Below, in pieces: positions 20,134-29,371 of a DNA stretch of 48,136 nt. The notes beneath the pieces were generated by a model that worked only from the letters and a program-made list of their open reading frames with translations, had not been told where the DNA came from and made no database searches. The position numbers and the translations under genes were made by a program. The DNA comes from an uncultured Muribaculaceae bacterium (GTDB lineage: Bacteria; Bacteroidota; Bacteroidia; Bacteroidales; UBA932), in the NCBI GenBank assembly GCA_964466235.1, contig CAYXMV010000001.1, forward strand, positions 1-48,136, read 5' to 3'. The first letter of the stretch is position 1; each line of letters opens with the position of its first letter.

Positions 20134-20176
20134 ACCCCGCATTTGCCGTACATTGGCACAAGCGGGGTATATTTTT
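20134..20176 (+). terminator. Terminator-like hairpin after NYN gene
   Basis: ACCCCGC..GCGGGGT outer stem, TGCC/GGCA inner stem, then ATATTTTT. Confidence 0.55.
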
Positions 20177-20205
20177 GCCTTCGTAAACTAAAAACGGAGG
20201 TAAAT

Positions 20206-20280
20206 ATGTGGTTCGCAGTGATTGTATTCGTAAGTCTCTCGGTAGAAGTGTTGAGTCATTTGACCGGAGGAGAAATTTAA
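20206..20280 (+). CDS. Putative 24-aa hydrophobic peptide MWFAVIVFVSLSVEVLSHLTGGEI
   Basis: GGAGG 5 nt before the ATG; hydrophobic N-terminal half; below the ORF-track cutoff. Confidence 0.3.
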   Translation: MWFAVIVFVSLSVEVLSHLTGGEI

Positions 20281-20384
20281 TTGACAAAATGTCTGAAAAT
20301 ATTGGCATGTCAGAAATTGTCGTATGATTTTTGTAGAAAAGTTGCGCGCTTATGCGTAATCACACAAAATTCAAAATAACGGAC

Positions 20385-21152
20385 ATGACAACAAGACGAC
20401 TTGACAACAACGTCACCATAATTACCGGTGGCGGAAAAGGAATAGGCTTCGGCCTCGCACAGGCTTTCGCGCAGGAAGGCTCCAATCTCGTAATCACGGG
20501 AAGGACTGAATCAAGACTCACAGCCGCCAAGGAAAGGCTTGAGGCACAGTACGGTGTCAAAGTGCTGCCAATCGTGGCAGACGGTGCTGATGAAGATGCA
20601 ATCAGGAATGTGGTCGCAACGACCATTGAACAGTTCGGCAAGATCGACACTCTCGTGAACAACGCACAGGTCTCGAAATCTGGACTTCCGCTCGTTGAAC
20701 ACTCACGCGAGGATTTCGATCTCGCAATCTATTCAGGGCTTTATGCAGCATTCTTCTATATGAGGGAATGCTATCCATATCTCAAGAAGAGCCGTGGTTC
20801 GGTAATCAATTTCGCATCGGGGGCAGGACTTTTCGGAAAGCTCGGCCAGGCATCATACGCCGCAGCCAAGGAAGGTATCAGAGGCATGTCGAGGGTTGCT
20901 GCAGCCGAGTGGGGTCCGGACGGCATCAGAGTGAATGTGGTCTGCCCGCTTGCGATGACGGAAAGTCTGATGGAGTGGAAGGAAAACTACCCGGAACTCT
21001 TTGCAAAGACGATTCAGGGCATTCCTCTCGGCAGATTCGCCGATCCTAAGGACGACATAGGCCGTGTCTGCGTATTCCTGGCTTCTGAGGATGCGCACTA
21101 TGTCACCGGCGAAACCATCACTCTTCAGGGTGGCAGCGGTCTGCGCCCATAA
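20385..21152 (+). CDS. Classical SDR oxidoreductase resembling bile-acid 12alpha-hydroxysteroid dehydrogenase
   Basis: TGGGKGIG, NNAQ, YAAAK; segments YSGLYA.F.YMRECYPYLK, GSVINFASGAGLFG, NVVCPLAMT, DIGRVCV match my recollection of clostridial 12alpha-HSDH. Confidence 0.8.
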   Translation: MTTRRLDNNVTIITGGGKGIGFGLAQAFAQEGSNLVITGRTESRLTAAKERLEAQYGVKVLPIVADGADEDAIRNVVATTIEQFGKIDTLVNNAQVSKSGLPLVEHSREDFDLAIYSGLYAAFFYMRECYPYLKKSRGSVINFASGAGLFGKLGQASYAAAKEGIRGMSRVAAAEWGPDGIRVNVVCPLAMTESLMEWKENYPELFAKTIQGIPLGRFADPKDDIGRVCVFLASEDAHYVTGETITLQGGSGLRP

Positions 21153-21183
21153 ATTTAAAAACGGCCTGATATTATAACTTTAC

Positions 21184-21214
21184 GTTGCCCCACCCGTATC
21201 AGGGATGGGGCAAT
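21184..21214. terminator. Bidirectional terminator-like hairpin
   Basis: TTGCCCCA..TGGGGCAA stem between convergent SDR and GH53 genes. Confidence 0.65.
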
Positions 21215-21237
21215 GTCATTTACATATCAAACCTTTT

Positions 21238-22350
21238 TCAGAAGGTCTGTTTCGTCCAGTCGGAGAATGCGTCCATAATGACTGTCGGACGGCCGTCCTC
21301 GGTGAAGGCTCCGAGCTTGTACTGGGACGGCTTGCACTCTGGCTCCCAATAAAAGACTCCTTTGCAATGACCGTCAGTATCGTTTAAGGATTCACGGATC
21401 ACACGGGCAAGCTGACGGCGGCTCCTTTCAAGTCTTTCGGGATCCTTTTCGTCAACCAGGAACCCTGTTTCCACAATCATTACATCACAGCCGAATTTCT
21501 CGCTGACATGGCGTATGTTGGCGATACAGTCCGTGATCGTCTGCTCTTCATCATCACGGAATCCTCCGTCAAGAGCCCAGTACGGATAAAGAGACATTCC
21601 TATCATATCCCACTTCGCTCCATTGTCCTTCAGGACTCCGAGATTGAAGTCGTAAAGTTCCTGATCGAAGCCGTTATCGAGATGAACCATCACGATTGCA
21701 TCAGGAAATACGCTCTTGCATGCATCATATCCTGCAGCAAAGAAACCGGCATACTGCTGAGGATTATTCACCACATGTCCCATAGATTCTATGATGGTCG
21801 TGTTGCCGTTCTCGTCGAGTTCAGGCCATCCGTGCTCATTGGACTTCACAGTCCACAGGAAGCCGTTACGGGTCTCATTTCCCACCTGTATCCATTTAGG
21901 TTCGATACCGTTATCCTTCAGATACTGAAGCACTTCCACAGTATGATTCCGAAGATCTTCCTTCATCTGCTCATAACTGTGACCGCTCCATGAGGCAGGT
22001 ATGTTCTGCTTCTGAGGATCAGCCCACCAGTCGCTGTAATGAAAATCAACAAGAATCTCCATATCCAGAGCCTTGGCCCTCAGACATTTCACAAGAAGAT
22101 CCTCCTTGCTGCACCAGTTTCCGTGCTTTGAAGGATCCACCCACACACGATGACGTACCGCATTGAGACCGAGTTCCTTCATCAGTGCCGTAGCCTCACG
22201 TTCTTCACCGTCATTATTGTAGAACTTATACCCTTTGGACTCGTATTCTGTGATCCATCCGAGATCGGCTCCGAGCCAGAATGGCTCTGCCTTCTGCTTT
22301 TGTGTGCATGATACAAGCAGAATCAGCATTGCATATAAACATCTTTTCAT
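21238..22350 (-). CDS. GH53 endo-beta-1,4-galactanase, lipoprotein
   Basis: Lipobox LLVSC; GADLGW, RVWVDP, DFHYSDWWADP, QVGNE, SLYPYW, VETG, FYWEP. Confidence 0.92.
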   Translation of the reverse strand: MKRCLYAMLILLVSCTQKQKAEPFWLGADLGWITEYESKGYKFYNNDGEEREATALMKELGLNAVRHRVWVDPSKHGNWCSKEDLLVKCLRAKALDMEILVDFHYSDWWADPQKQNIPASWSGHSYEQMKEDLRNHTVEVLQYLKDNGIEPKWIQVGNETRNGFLWTVKSNEHGWPELDENGNTTIIESMGHVVNNPQQYAGFFAAGYDACKSVFPDAIVMVHLDNGFDQELYDFNLGVLKDNGAKWDMIGMSLYPYWALDGGFRDDEEQTITDCIANIRHVSEKFGCDVMIVETGFLVDEKDPERLERSRRQLARVIRESLNDTDGHCKGVFYWEPECKPSQYKLGAFTEDGRPTVIMDAFSDWTKQTF

Positions 22351-22403
22351 TATTCGCATGACATCTAAGTATCTAAGTATTTAACATTCAAACGGTTATA
22401 GAC

Positions 22404-22433
22404 ATTCGCTGCTGCAAAAACGCAGCAGTGAAT
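22404..22433. terminator. Hairpin downstream of lpdA
   Basis: ATTCGCTGCTGC-AAAAAC-GCAGCAGTGAAT 12-bp stem. Confidence 0.55.
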
Positions 22434-22473
22434 TATTGTATCTCATTGAGATTCAGGCGATTATGCGCCAGCA

Positions 22474-23895
22474 TCAGGAATACAGAGCGGACTGCAGAAC
22501 TTCCGTGAGGGTCGGATGAGTGTGGATGACGCTCCGGAATTCTTCGACAGTGGCCTTGCGGGTGATCAGGGCACAAGCCTCCTGGACAATGTCTGATGCA
22601 TGAGGGCCGTATAGATGGCAGCCGAGCACACGGCCTGGCGTATATACTGTCTCACCGCCATCCTTCGGTTCAGCGGCTACCACTATCTTGCAGAATCCGT
22701 CGCTCTCCCCCATCGTCACAGCCTTTCCGTTGGCACGGAAGAATGACTTGAGGCACTTCACAGGAATTCCTTTCTCCTTGCATTCATCTTCAGTAAGCCC
22801 GACGGAAGCTGCCTCAGGATAGGTAAAGACTGCCGCCGGCATAACCGAGAGATCGATTTGATTCTTCATGCCCATGATATGGTCAAGGGCTACGATGCCC
22901 TGGAATGTGGCTGCATGCGCAAGCATCATCTGCCCGTTGATGTCACCGATGGCATAGATATGGGGAACATTTGTCTGCATGTGTTCATTCACTGTCACGC
23001 CTCGCTTTGTAAACTCCACACCGGCATCGGAAAGATTCAGTGAAGCTGTGTTGGCACGACGTCCTACAGCCATAAGAACCTTATCTGCACGAACGGTTTC
23101 CTCCTTATCCTTACGTGTATAAGTCACCTGATATGCATCACAGTCATTCTGAAGGACCTCTATGCCCGTAACCTGAGCCTGAGTCACAATCTCTATTCCC
23201 CTCCTGCCCAGACTCTGCTTGAGTCGTTTGGCAAGGTCGGTATCGAACCGAGGAAGTATGTCCCTGCAGTACTCAAGAACAGTGACCTGACTGCCGAAAC
23301 TACGGAAAATCGAGGCGAATTCAAGGCCGATGACTCCTCCTCCGATGACGCATATGCTTTGTGGAACCTTCTCAATATCAAGAATTTCACGTGAAGTAAG
23401 GATACCGGGAAGGTCAGCTCCAGGAATCGGGAGTGCAGCTGATACAGAGCCTGTCGCGATTATTATATAGTCGGCGGTGTATTCTGTCACGGATGCCCCG
23501 GCTTCACTCGACATTACTGAAGAAGGGCTCGACATGACAGATACGGTGTGAGCGTCCTTGAAAGATGCCTTGCCTCTCACAAGAGTGATCAGTTTATGTG
23601 CCAGCAGTCCTTCTACACCTCCACGAAGCTGTTCCACCACGGCATTCTTCCTCGCGACAACCTTCGCGAAATCAAAGCTGTATGACAGACCGGTCACTCC
23701 GAACTCCGAAGCCTCACGCATGCCTTCGAGGACCTCTGCATTCTTACAGAATGACTTGGTAGGAATGCATCCCTCATTAAGGCATGTTCCTCCGACATGG
23801 CCGGCCTCAATCAGAACGACCTCTACTCCCCTTCCGGCAGCGAGCAGAGCCGTTTCATAGCCTCCCGGCCCCGCTCCGATGATTATTATCTTCAT
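22474..23895 (-). CDS. lpdA: Dihydrolipoamide dehydrogenase (GCS L protein)
   Basis: GAGPGGY, GGTCLNEGCIPTK redox disulfide, GGGVIGLE, HTHPTLTE. Confidence 0.95.
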   Translation of the reverse strand: MKIIIIGAGPGGYETALLAAGRGVEVVLIEAGHVGGTCLNEGCIPTKSFCKNAEVLEGMREASEFGVTGLSYSFDFAKVVARKNAVVEQLRGGVEGLLAHKLITLVRGKASFKDAHTVSVMSSPSSVMSSEAGASVTEYTADYIIIATGSVSAALPIPGADLPGILTSREILDIEKVPQSICVIGGGVIGLEFASIFRSFGSQVTVLEYCRDILPRFDTDLAKRLKQSLGRRGIEIVTQAQVTGIEVLQNDCDAYQVTYTRKDKEETVRADKVLMAVGRRANTASLNLSDAGVEFTKRGVTVNEHMQTNVPHIYAIGDINGQMMLAHAATFQGIVALDHIMGMKNQIDLSVMPAAVFTYPEAASVGLTEDECKEKGIPVKCLKSFFRANGKAVTMGESDGFCKIVVAAEPKDGGETVYTPGRVLGCHLYGPHASDIVQEACALITRKATVEEFRSVIHTHPTLTEVLQSALYS

Positions 23896-23929
23896 ATAAG
23901 AAACTGTTTAAATTTTTCTCAGTAGATTG

Positions 23930-23996
23930 CATTCTGAACGAAATGAAGTGAAGAATCTTTACATCAATTATTCAAACAGATCAATTCTCTCAGGAT
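23930..23996. repeat. Degenerate GTCAT-type REP-like element(s)
   Basis: CATTCTGAACGAAATGAAGTGAAGAATCT resembles the GTCATTCTGAGCGGAGTGAAGGATCTC copy in metH; a decayed inverted mate (AGATC..CTCAGGAT) follows. Confidence 0.55.
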
Positions 23997-24031
23997 TTAA
24001 CGTATCGATCAATTCATCTTTACGAAAACGT

Positions 24032-25564
24032 TTACATGTCTTTGAATCGTAATAGCGGCTGTCTGGCTGCAGTAGTCTCATCGAGACGACGTACAGGTGT
24101 CGTATGAGGGGCAGTCTTAAGAGATTCCGGATCCTCAAGCGCCTCTGCTGCGATATGTCTCATTATCTCAATGAAGCCGTCGAGGGTCTCCTTTGACTCT
24201 GTCTCCGTAGGCTCTATCATGATGGACTGATGGAAGAGCAGAGGGAAATAGATCGTAGGGGCATGGAAGCCGTAATCCAGAAGCCTCTTGGCAACATCGA
24301 GCGTAGTGACTCCGGTTGACTGATCGGCAAGACCGTCAAACACAAATTCATGCTTGCACACAGTCGGAATAGGAAGCCTATAGCAATCCTTCAGAGATTC
24401 CTTTATATAATTGGCTCCCAGAACGGCAAGAGGGCCGACCATCTTGATATTCTGTCTTCCGAGCATGAGGATATAGGTATAAGCGCGGAGAAGAACTCCG
24501 AAATTACCCATGAATCCTGAAATCTGGCCACATGACTGACAGCCGCACAAGCATTCCGGCTTGCATCCGCACGCCGGTCCGAAAGCACCTGAACCTGCCG
24601 GAGAAGAAGAACACCTGCATGTACCGTCTGCAATATAAAGAGAACCGTCAGCCGCCTCCATGACCTTAGGCACAGGAAGATGTGAGGCAAGATGGGATGC
24701 GACTCCCACAGGACCGGCACCCGGGCCGCCACCGCCATGCGGAGTGGAGAATGTCTTGTGCAGATTAAGGTGAAGCACATCGAAGCCCATATCTCCAGGA
24801 CGTACGACACCCATCAGAGGGTTCATATTGGCTCCATCATAATAAAGAAGTCCGCCACACTCATGGACAAGGGCCGCAATCTCCTTGATCTCCTTTTCGA
24901 AAAGACCGAGGGTGTTTGGATTGGTCATCATTATACCCGCGACAGTGTCGTCAAGAAGAGGCTTTAGATCTTCAACATCCACAAGTCCCTTGGCATTGGA
25001 CTTAACCTGCACTATGTCAAGTCCGCATACTGCGGCTGAAGCCGGATTCGTACCGTGAGCACTGTCAGGAACGATCATTCGTGTACGCTTGAGGTCTCCG
25101 CGCGAGATATGGTACTGTCGTATGACCATGAGTCCGGTGAGTTCGCCATGAGCTCCGGCAAACGGGTCGAGAGTGAATTCAGCCATTCCTGTAATCGCAG
25201 ACAAGGCATGGGCAAGATCCTTATACAGACGGAGAACACCCTGAACGGACGACGCCGGCTGAAGAGGATGGATACCGGCGAATGCAGGCATCGCGGCAAT
25301 CTCTTCATTTATCTTGGGGTTGTACTTCATTGTGCAGCTTCCGAGAGGATAGAATCCGGAATCAACACCGAAGTTCATCTGGGAGAGATTTGTATAATGA
25401 CGCACCACATCCAGTTCGCTCACCTGAGGAAGAGCCGGTTCGTCGGTACGTCTGAGCCCGTCAGGAAGTTCCGTCAGAGAACTGGTCCATGTGTTGGCAG
25501 GAAGTGAATAGCCTTTACGGCCTTCCTTTGAAAGATCAAAGATCAGTTTATCGTAGTATTTCAT
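24032..25564 (-). CDS. gcvPB: Glycine dehydrogenase (decarboxylating) subunit 2
   Basis: [40 protein letters not shown] (PLP Lys). Confidence 0.95.
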   Translation of the reverse strand: MKYYDKLIFDLSKEGRKGYSLPANTWTSSLTELPDGLRRTDEPALPQVSELDVVRHYTNLSQMNFGVDSGFYPLGSCTMKYNPKINEEIAAMPAFAGIHPLQPASSVQGVLRLYKDLAHALSAITGMAEFTLDPFAGAHGELTGLMVIRQYHISRGDLKRTRMIVPDSAHGTNPASAAVCGLDIVQVKSNAKGLVDVEDLKPLLDDTVAGIMMTNPNTLGLFEKEIKEIAALVHECGGLLYYDGANMNPLMGVVRPGDMGFDVLHLNLHKTFSTPHGGGGPGAGPVGVASHLASHLPVPKVMEAADGSLYIADGTCRCSSSPAGSGAFGPACGCKPECLCGCQSCGQISGFMGNFGVLLRAYTYILMLGRQNIKMVGPLAVLGANYIKESLKDCYRLPIPTVCKHEFVFDGLADQSTGVTTLDVAKRLLDYGFHAPTIYFPLLFHQSIMIEPTETESKETLDGFIEIMRHIAAEALEDPESLKTAPHTTPVRRLDETTAARQPLLRFKDM

Positions 25565-25579
25565 TTCCGGTCCTCCTTT

Positions 25580-26974
25580 TTATAGATTTCCCGACTCGCC
25601 CGGAACGGCAGAATGACTTCGGCCGCCCGCTATAGATGAAGGCGCTGAAGCGGATGCGGAAGAAATGACAGATATGACTTTATCAAGGTCTGCCATAGTC
25701 ACCTTTTCGGTCACGCAGAAGTTGACAAGCCCGTCCTCCACCTCGACAGCTGCAAATACTCCGGCCTGAGCCAATGTTTCCTGAAGAGCAGCTACAGGCA
25801 TAAGAGACCTGAGCGTGAACTCTTTCAGGAAAGGTTTGTCAAAAGCCTCTTCAAAAAGTCCCGTCTCAAGAAGTCTGTCATGGAGATAATGTGCCCCGCC
25901 GTAACAGAGTTCATTGACCTCACGAAGGCCCTTAGGCCCCATAAGAGACATATAGACAGTCACATAAAGAGCCATCAGAGACTGATTCGAGCAGATGTTG
26001 CTGGTCGCTTTCTCACGACGGATATGCTGTTCACGCGCCTGAAGCGTAAGCACGTACGCACGCTTGCCGTCAACATCCTTCGTGGCACCCACGATACGGC
26101 CCGGAAGCTTGCGGACATGTTCCTTGGTGCATGCAAGAAAACCGACGTACGGACCTCCGAAACAGAGCGGTACTCCGAGAGTCTGCGAATCTCCGCACAC
26201 TACATCCGCGCCCCATTCGGCAGGTGTCTTTATGACTGCAAGCGAAGAAGGATCGGAATAGACCATGAGAAGGCCTTTCTGGGCATGTACAGCATCAGCG
26301 AAGCCCGTCATGTCCTCGACGATTCCGTATCTGTTTATGCCAGGCACAAGCACGCCGGCCACATCTCCGGCAGCAAGTTCAGCCACAAGGGCTCCGTATG
26401 AAGTGACGCCTTCATGACAAGGGATGAATCCGAGCTCCACGCCATTGAACTTAGCATAAGTCCTGACCACCTTGACGACATGAGGGAGAAGGCCCTCGGA
26501 CAGAAGGACGCGTGTCTTTTTCTTCGTAACGGCCATAGCCATCATCATGGCCTCGGCAGCAGCGGTCGCTCCGTCATACATAGATGCATTAGTGCAATCC
26601 ATGCCAGTGAGTCCGGTTATCATCGACTGATATTCAAAAATATAGCGGAGAGTACCCTGAGAGACCTCAGGCTGGTATGGAGTATATGCCGTCAGGAACT
26701 CGGAACGGGAAATGATCTGAGGGATGACGGCAGGAGAATAATGGTCGTATGCACCGAGTCCGCAGAGACAGAGCATCTTTCTGTTCTGTTCGGCGAGACC
26801 TTCGAAATAGCGGCGGACCTCAAGTTCCGACATTGCGTCGGGAAGGTCATATTCTTCCCTATAGATGACATCCTCCGGAACATCGGAGTAGAGATCCTCG
26901 AGGGATCCCGCTCCGATCCTGTCCAGCATCTGCCTGATGTCATCTTCCGTATGAGGAAAATAAGCGAATGCCAT
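25580..26974 (-). CDS. gcvPA: Glycine dehydrogenase subunit 1
   Basis: RSEFLTAYTPYQPEVSQG, NASMYDG, REQHIRREKATSNICSNQ; start at ATG 26974. Confidence 0.95.
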   Translation of the reverse strand: MAFAYFPHTEDDIRQMLDRIGAGSLEDLYSDVPEDVIYREEYDLPDAMSELEVRRYFEGLAEQNRKMLCLCGLGAYDHYSPAVIPQIISRSEFLTAYTPYQPEVSQGTLRYIFEYQSMITGLTGMDCTNASMYDGATAAAEAMMMAMAVTKKKTRVLLSEGLLPHVVKVVRTYAKFNGVELGFIPCHEGVTSYGALVAELAAGDVAGVLVPGINRYGIVEDMTGFADAVHAQKGLLMVYSDPSSLAVIKTPAEWGADVVCGDSQTLGVPLCFGGPYVGFLACTKEHVRKLPGRIVGATKDVDGKRAYVLTLQAREQHIRREKATSNICSNQSLMALYVTVYMSLMGPKGLREVNELCYGGAHYLHDRLLETGLFEEAFDKPFLKEFTLRSLMPVAALQETLAQAGVFAAVEVEDGLVNFCVTEKVTMADLDKVISVISSASASAPSSIAGGRSHSAVPGESGNL

Positions 26975-26978
26975 AATC

Positions 26979-27362
26979 TTACTCGTTAGCGCACATTGCC
27001 TCGTATGCGGCTGCATCCATAAGAGAATCGAGCTCCGAAGGATCGCTCATCTCCACCTTCATGATCCAGTTTGCAAATGCGTCCTGGTTGAGAAGCTCGG
27101 GAGCGTCCTCAAGATCTTCGTTGATTTCTACTACAGTTCCGGTGACAGGGCTGAAGAGGTCACTTGCCGCCTTCACACTCTCGACTGCACCGAATTCTTC
27201 TCCGGCTTCAACTTCATCGTCAACCTCAGGCATGTCAACATACGAGAGGTCACCCATTGCGTGCTGTGCAAAATCTGTGATGCCGACGATTGCAACATTA
27301 CCTTCTACCTTTACCCATTCGTGTGACTCGCTGTAATAGAGTCCTTCAACTGTTTTTGCCAT
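26979..27362 (-). CDS. gcvH: Glycine cleavage system H protein
   Basis: SHEWV, GITDFAQ, VESVKAASD lipoyl-Lys. Confidence 0.97.
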   Translation of the reverse strand: MAKTVEGLYYSESHEWVKVEGNVAIVGITDFAQHAMGDLSYVDMPEVDDEVEAGEEFGAVESVKAASDLFSPVTGTVVEINEDLEDAPELLNQDAFANWIMKVEMSDPSELDSLMDAAAYEAMCANE

Positions 27363-27369
27363 AATTCAT

Positions 27370-28473
27370 TTATTTTTTATAGTTTGTTTCATAAAAACGA
27401 CGTTTTGTGACGATGCCCGGGAACACTTTCTTGCGGATGCGGATCTGCACAGATGTGCCGAGGTCAGCATATGCCTTGTCAACCATAGCAACGCATACGC
27501 TTCTGTCCGTCGAGATCGAACGGTAGCCAGTAGTCACCACACCGACCTGTACGCCATCCGCTTCCACAGGGTATCCCGCACGAGGAATAGCCTTGTCCTG
27601 AAGTTCTATTCCCACGCTCTTGCGTGTAAGGCCGGCTTCTTTCTGAGCAACAAGAGCCTCACGGCCAATGAATTCCTCCTTATCCTTAACCTTCGCGAAC
27701 ATCCCGAGTCCGGCCTCAAGAGGGCTGATGTCATCGCTCAGTTCGTGTCCGTAAAGCGGAAGTCCTGCCTCGAAACGAAGTGTGTCACGGCATCCGAGTC
27801 CGCATGGGACAACACCGGCCTCAAGCAGAGTATCCCAGATTTCTCTGACAGCTTCATGCGATGCATATATCTCGAAACCGTCCTCGCCCGTATAGCCTGT
27901 ACGGCTGACTATCATACGTTCACCCTTGTATTCCGCTTCATAATATGTATAGAACCCGAGACCGGCAGCTGGAGCAAGTCCGAGAGTTTCAACAGCATAT
28001 TTCTCTGCATCAGGTCCCTGAAGCGCTATCTGTCCCCATGAATCTGAGGCGTTCACGACTTCCACATCATATCCTTCCTTCTGCGCGCAGATCCATTCAT
28101 GATCCTTAGCTATATTGGAAGCATTCACCACGAGAAGATAATGATCAGGCTCGAATTCCTTATAAACGAGAAGGTCGTCAACAGTATTGCCGTCCGGATG
28201 TAACATCATTCCATAGAGAATCTTTCCGTCCTCCATTCCGGCCACCTTGTTGGAGAATATATGATCGACGAACTTCTCCGCGTCAGGGCCGCTGACGAAA
28301 ATCTCACCCATGTGCGAGACGTCGAACATTCCCGCCTTATGGCGTACGGAATTGTGTTCATCTGTGATGTTCGAGTATTGGATCGGCATAATGAAACCGC
28401 CGAAAGGGCTCATCAGAGCTCCGAGGGCTAAATGCCTGTCGTAAAGACAGGTCTTTAAAAGGTTCTCTTCCAT
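27370..28473 (-). CDS. gcvT: Glycine cleavage aminomethyltransferase T
   Basis: FDVSHMGE, SRTGYTGEDGFEI, GLGCRDTLRFEAGLPLYG; start at ATG 28473. Confidence 0.96.
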   Translation of the reverse strand: MEENLLKTCLYDRHLALGALMSPFGGFIMPIQYSNITDEHNSVRHKAGMFDVSHMGEIFVSGPDAEKFVDHIFSNKVAGMEDGKILYGMMLHPDGNTVDDLLVYKEFEPDHYLLVVNASNIAKDHEWICAQKEGYDVEVVNASDSWGQIALQGPDAEKYAVETLGLAPAAGLGFYTYYEAEYKGERMIVSRTGYTGEDGFEIYASHEAVREIWDTLLEAGVVPCGLGCRDTLRFEAGLPLYGHELSDDISPLEAGLGMFAKVKDKEEFIGREALVAQKEAGLTRKSVGIELQDKAIPRAGYPVEADGVQVGVVTTGYRSISTDRSVCVAMVDKAYADLGTSVQIRIRKKVFPGIVTKRRFYETNYKK

Positions 28474-28477
28474 ATAA

Positions 28478-29215
28478 TCAATAGTATAATTTATCAACAG
28501 GTTTGACGGACTTTTCCGACATGAGGGGAGGCAGGACAAAATAATCTTTCTGCAGAATCTCGATGGCGGCGAGGTCAGCATCCTCAAGAACGACCGAATC
28601 CTCACAGAAATGCTCTACAAGAGCATCCTTGACATCATCAAGCCCGAGCGGAAGGACTTCCGACAGGTTCATCACCCTCTGCCTGACTGATTCCACGCCA
28701 TGTCTCTGAAGTTTCTCCACCGGAGGCATGAGGGCCTGCTCCATTGACGTAAAATCTGTTGAGTGAAGAAGGGTGCCGTGGACGATGCTGCGGTCCGGCA
28801 GCTGATGGAAGGCATTCCCGCTCACCTTGCGCCCTCCGACAAGAATATCGTTCCTTCCAGAACGGCAGGCATCGGTTCCCAAGGAGCACAGACAGGCGGT
28901 CAATGCGGAAAGATACCTGTCAAAGACCGCCGCTACGTCTCCCCTGCGGGAAATGAAGGAAATCATGATATTGCCTTTGTCGGAATAGACACATCCTCCG
29001 CCGCTCTTGCGACGGACCACCTCAATGCCGTTACGGCTGCAATATTCCATATTCACTTCATTTTCAAGAACCTGATTACGTCCGAAGATCACCGTCGGCT
29101 CCGACTGCCATACAAAAAAAGCCTCGCCCTCAAAGTTCCTTGCCACGAATTCCTCCATGGCAAGATAAAAGGCAAGACTGCGCTGACCGGCATCAGGTAA
29201 GACGATGTTTGTCAT
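28478..29215 (-). CDS. lplA: Lipoate-protein ligase (catalytic domain only)
   Basis: VIFGRNQ, RRKSGGGCVYSD, GRNDI..RKVSGNA, HGTLL. Confidence 0.9.
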   Translation of the reverse strand: MTNIVLPDAGQRSLAFYLAMEEFVARNFEGEAFFVWQSEPTVIFGRNQVLENEVNMEYCSRNGIEVVRRKSGGGCVYSDKGNIMISFISRRGDVAAVFDRYLSALTACLCSLGTDACRSGRNDILVGGRKVSGNAFHQLPDRSIVHGTLLHSTDFTSMEQALMPPVEKLQRHGVESVRQRVMNLSEVLPLGLDDVKDALVEHFCEDSVVLEDADLAAIEILQKDYFVLPPLMSEKSVKPVDKLYY

Positions 29216-29232
29216 ATCAATTTCTAAAATCC

Positions 29233-29254
29233 TTCAAATTTAATAAAATTTGAA
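29233..29254 (-). promoter_or_regulatory. -7 promoter of lplA-gcv operon inside a perfect palindrome
   Basis: TTCAAATTT-AATA-AAATTTGAA; minus-strand TAAATTTG at 29235-29242. Confidence 0.6.
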
Positions 29255-29371
29255 TCAATCCATACAATATTTTCTACAAAACAAGAAACGGTTTCTAAAA
29301 ATTTAAACGGTTCCTGAACCAAGCCCGGCACTAAATATGTCAATGGAACGGAGTAGTGTAAAACTAAGGTT

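Noticed and set aside
20153..20170. TTGGCAC as a third sigma54 promoter
   Set aside because: It lies within a terminator-like hairpin stem and has a poor -12 region
22363..22380. ATCTAAGT tandem duplication upstream of GH53
   Set aside because: Only two 8-bp copies; not enough to call an operator or array
29216..29371. Glycine riboswitch upstream of the gcv operon
   Set aside because: The region is very AT-rich with no aptamer motifs, and the promoter is about 20 nt from the start codon
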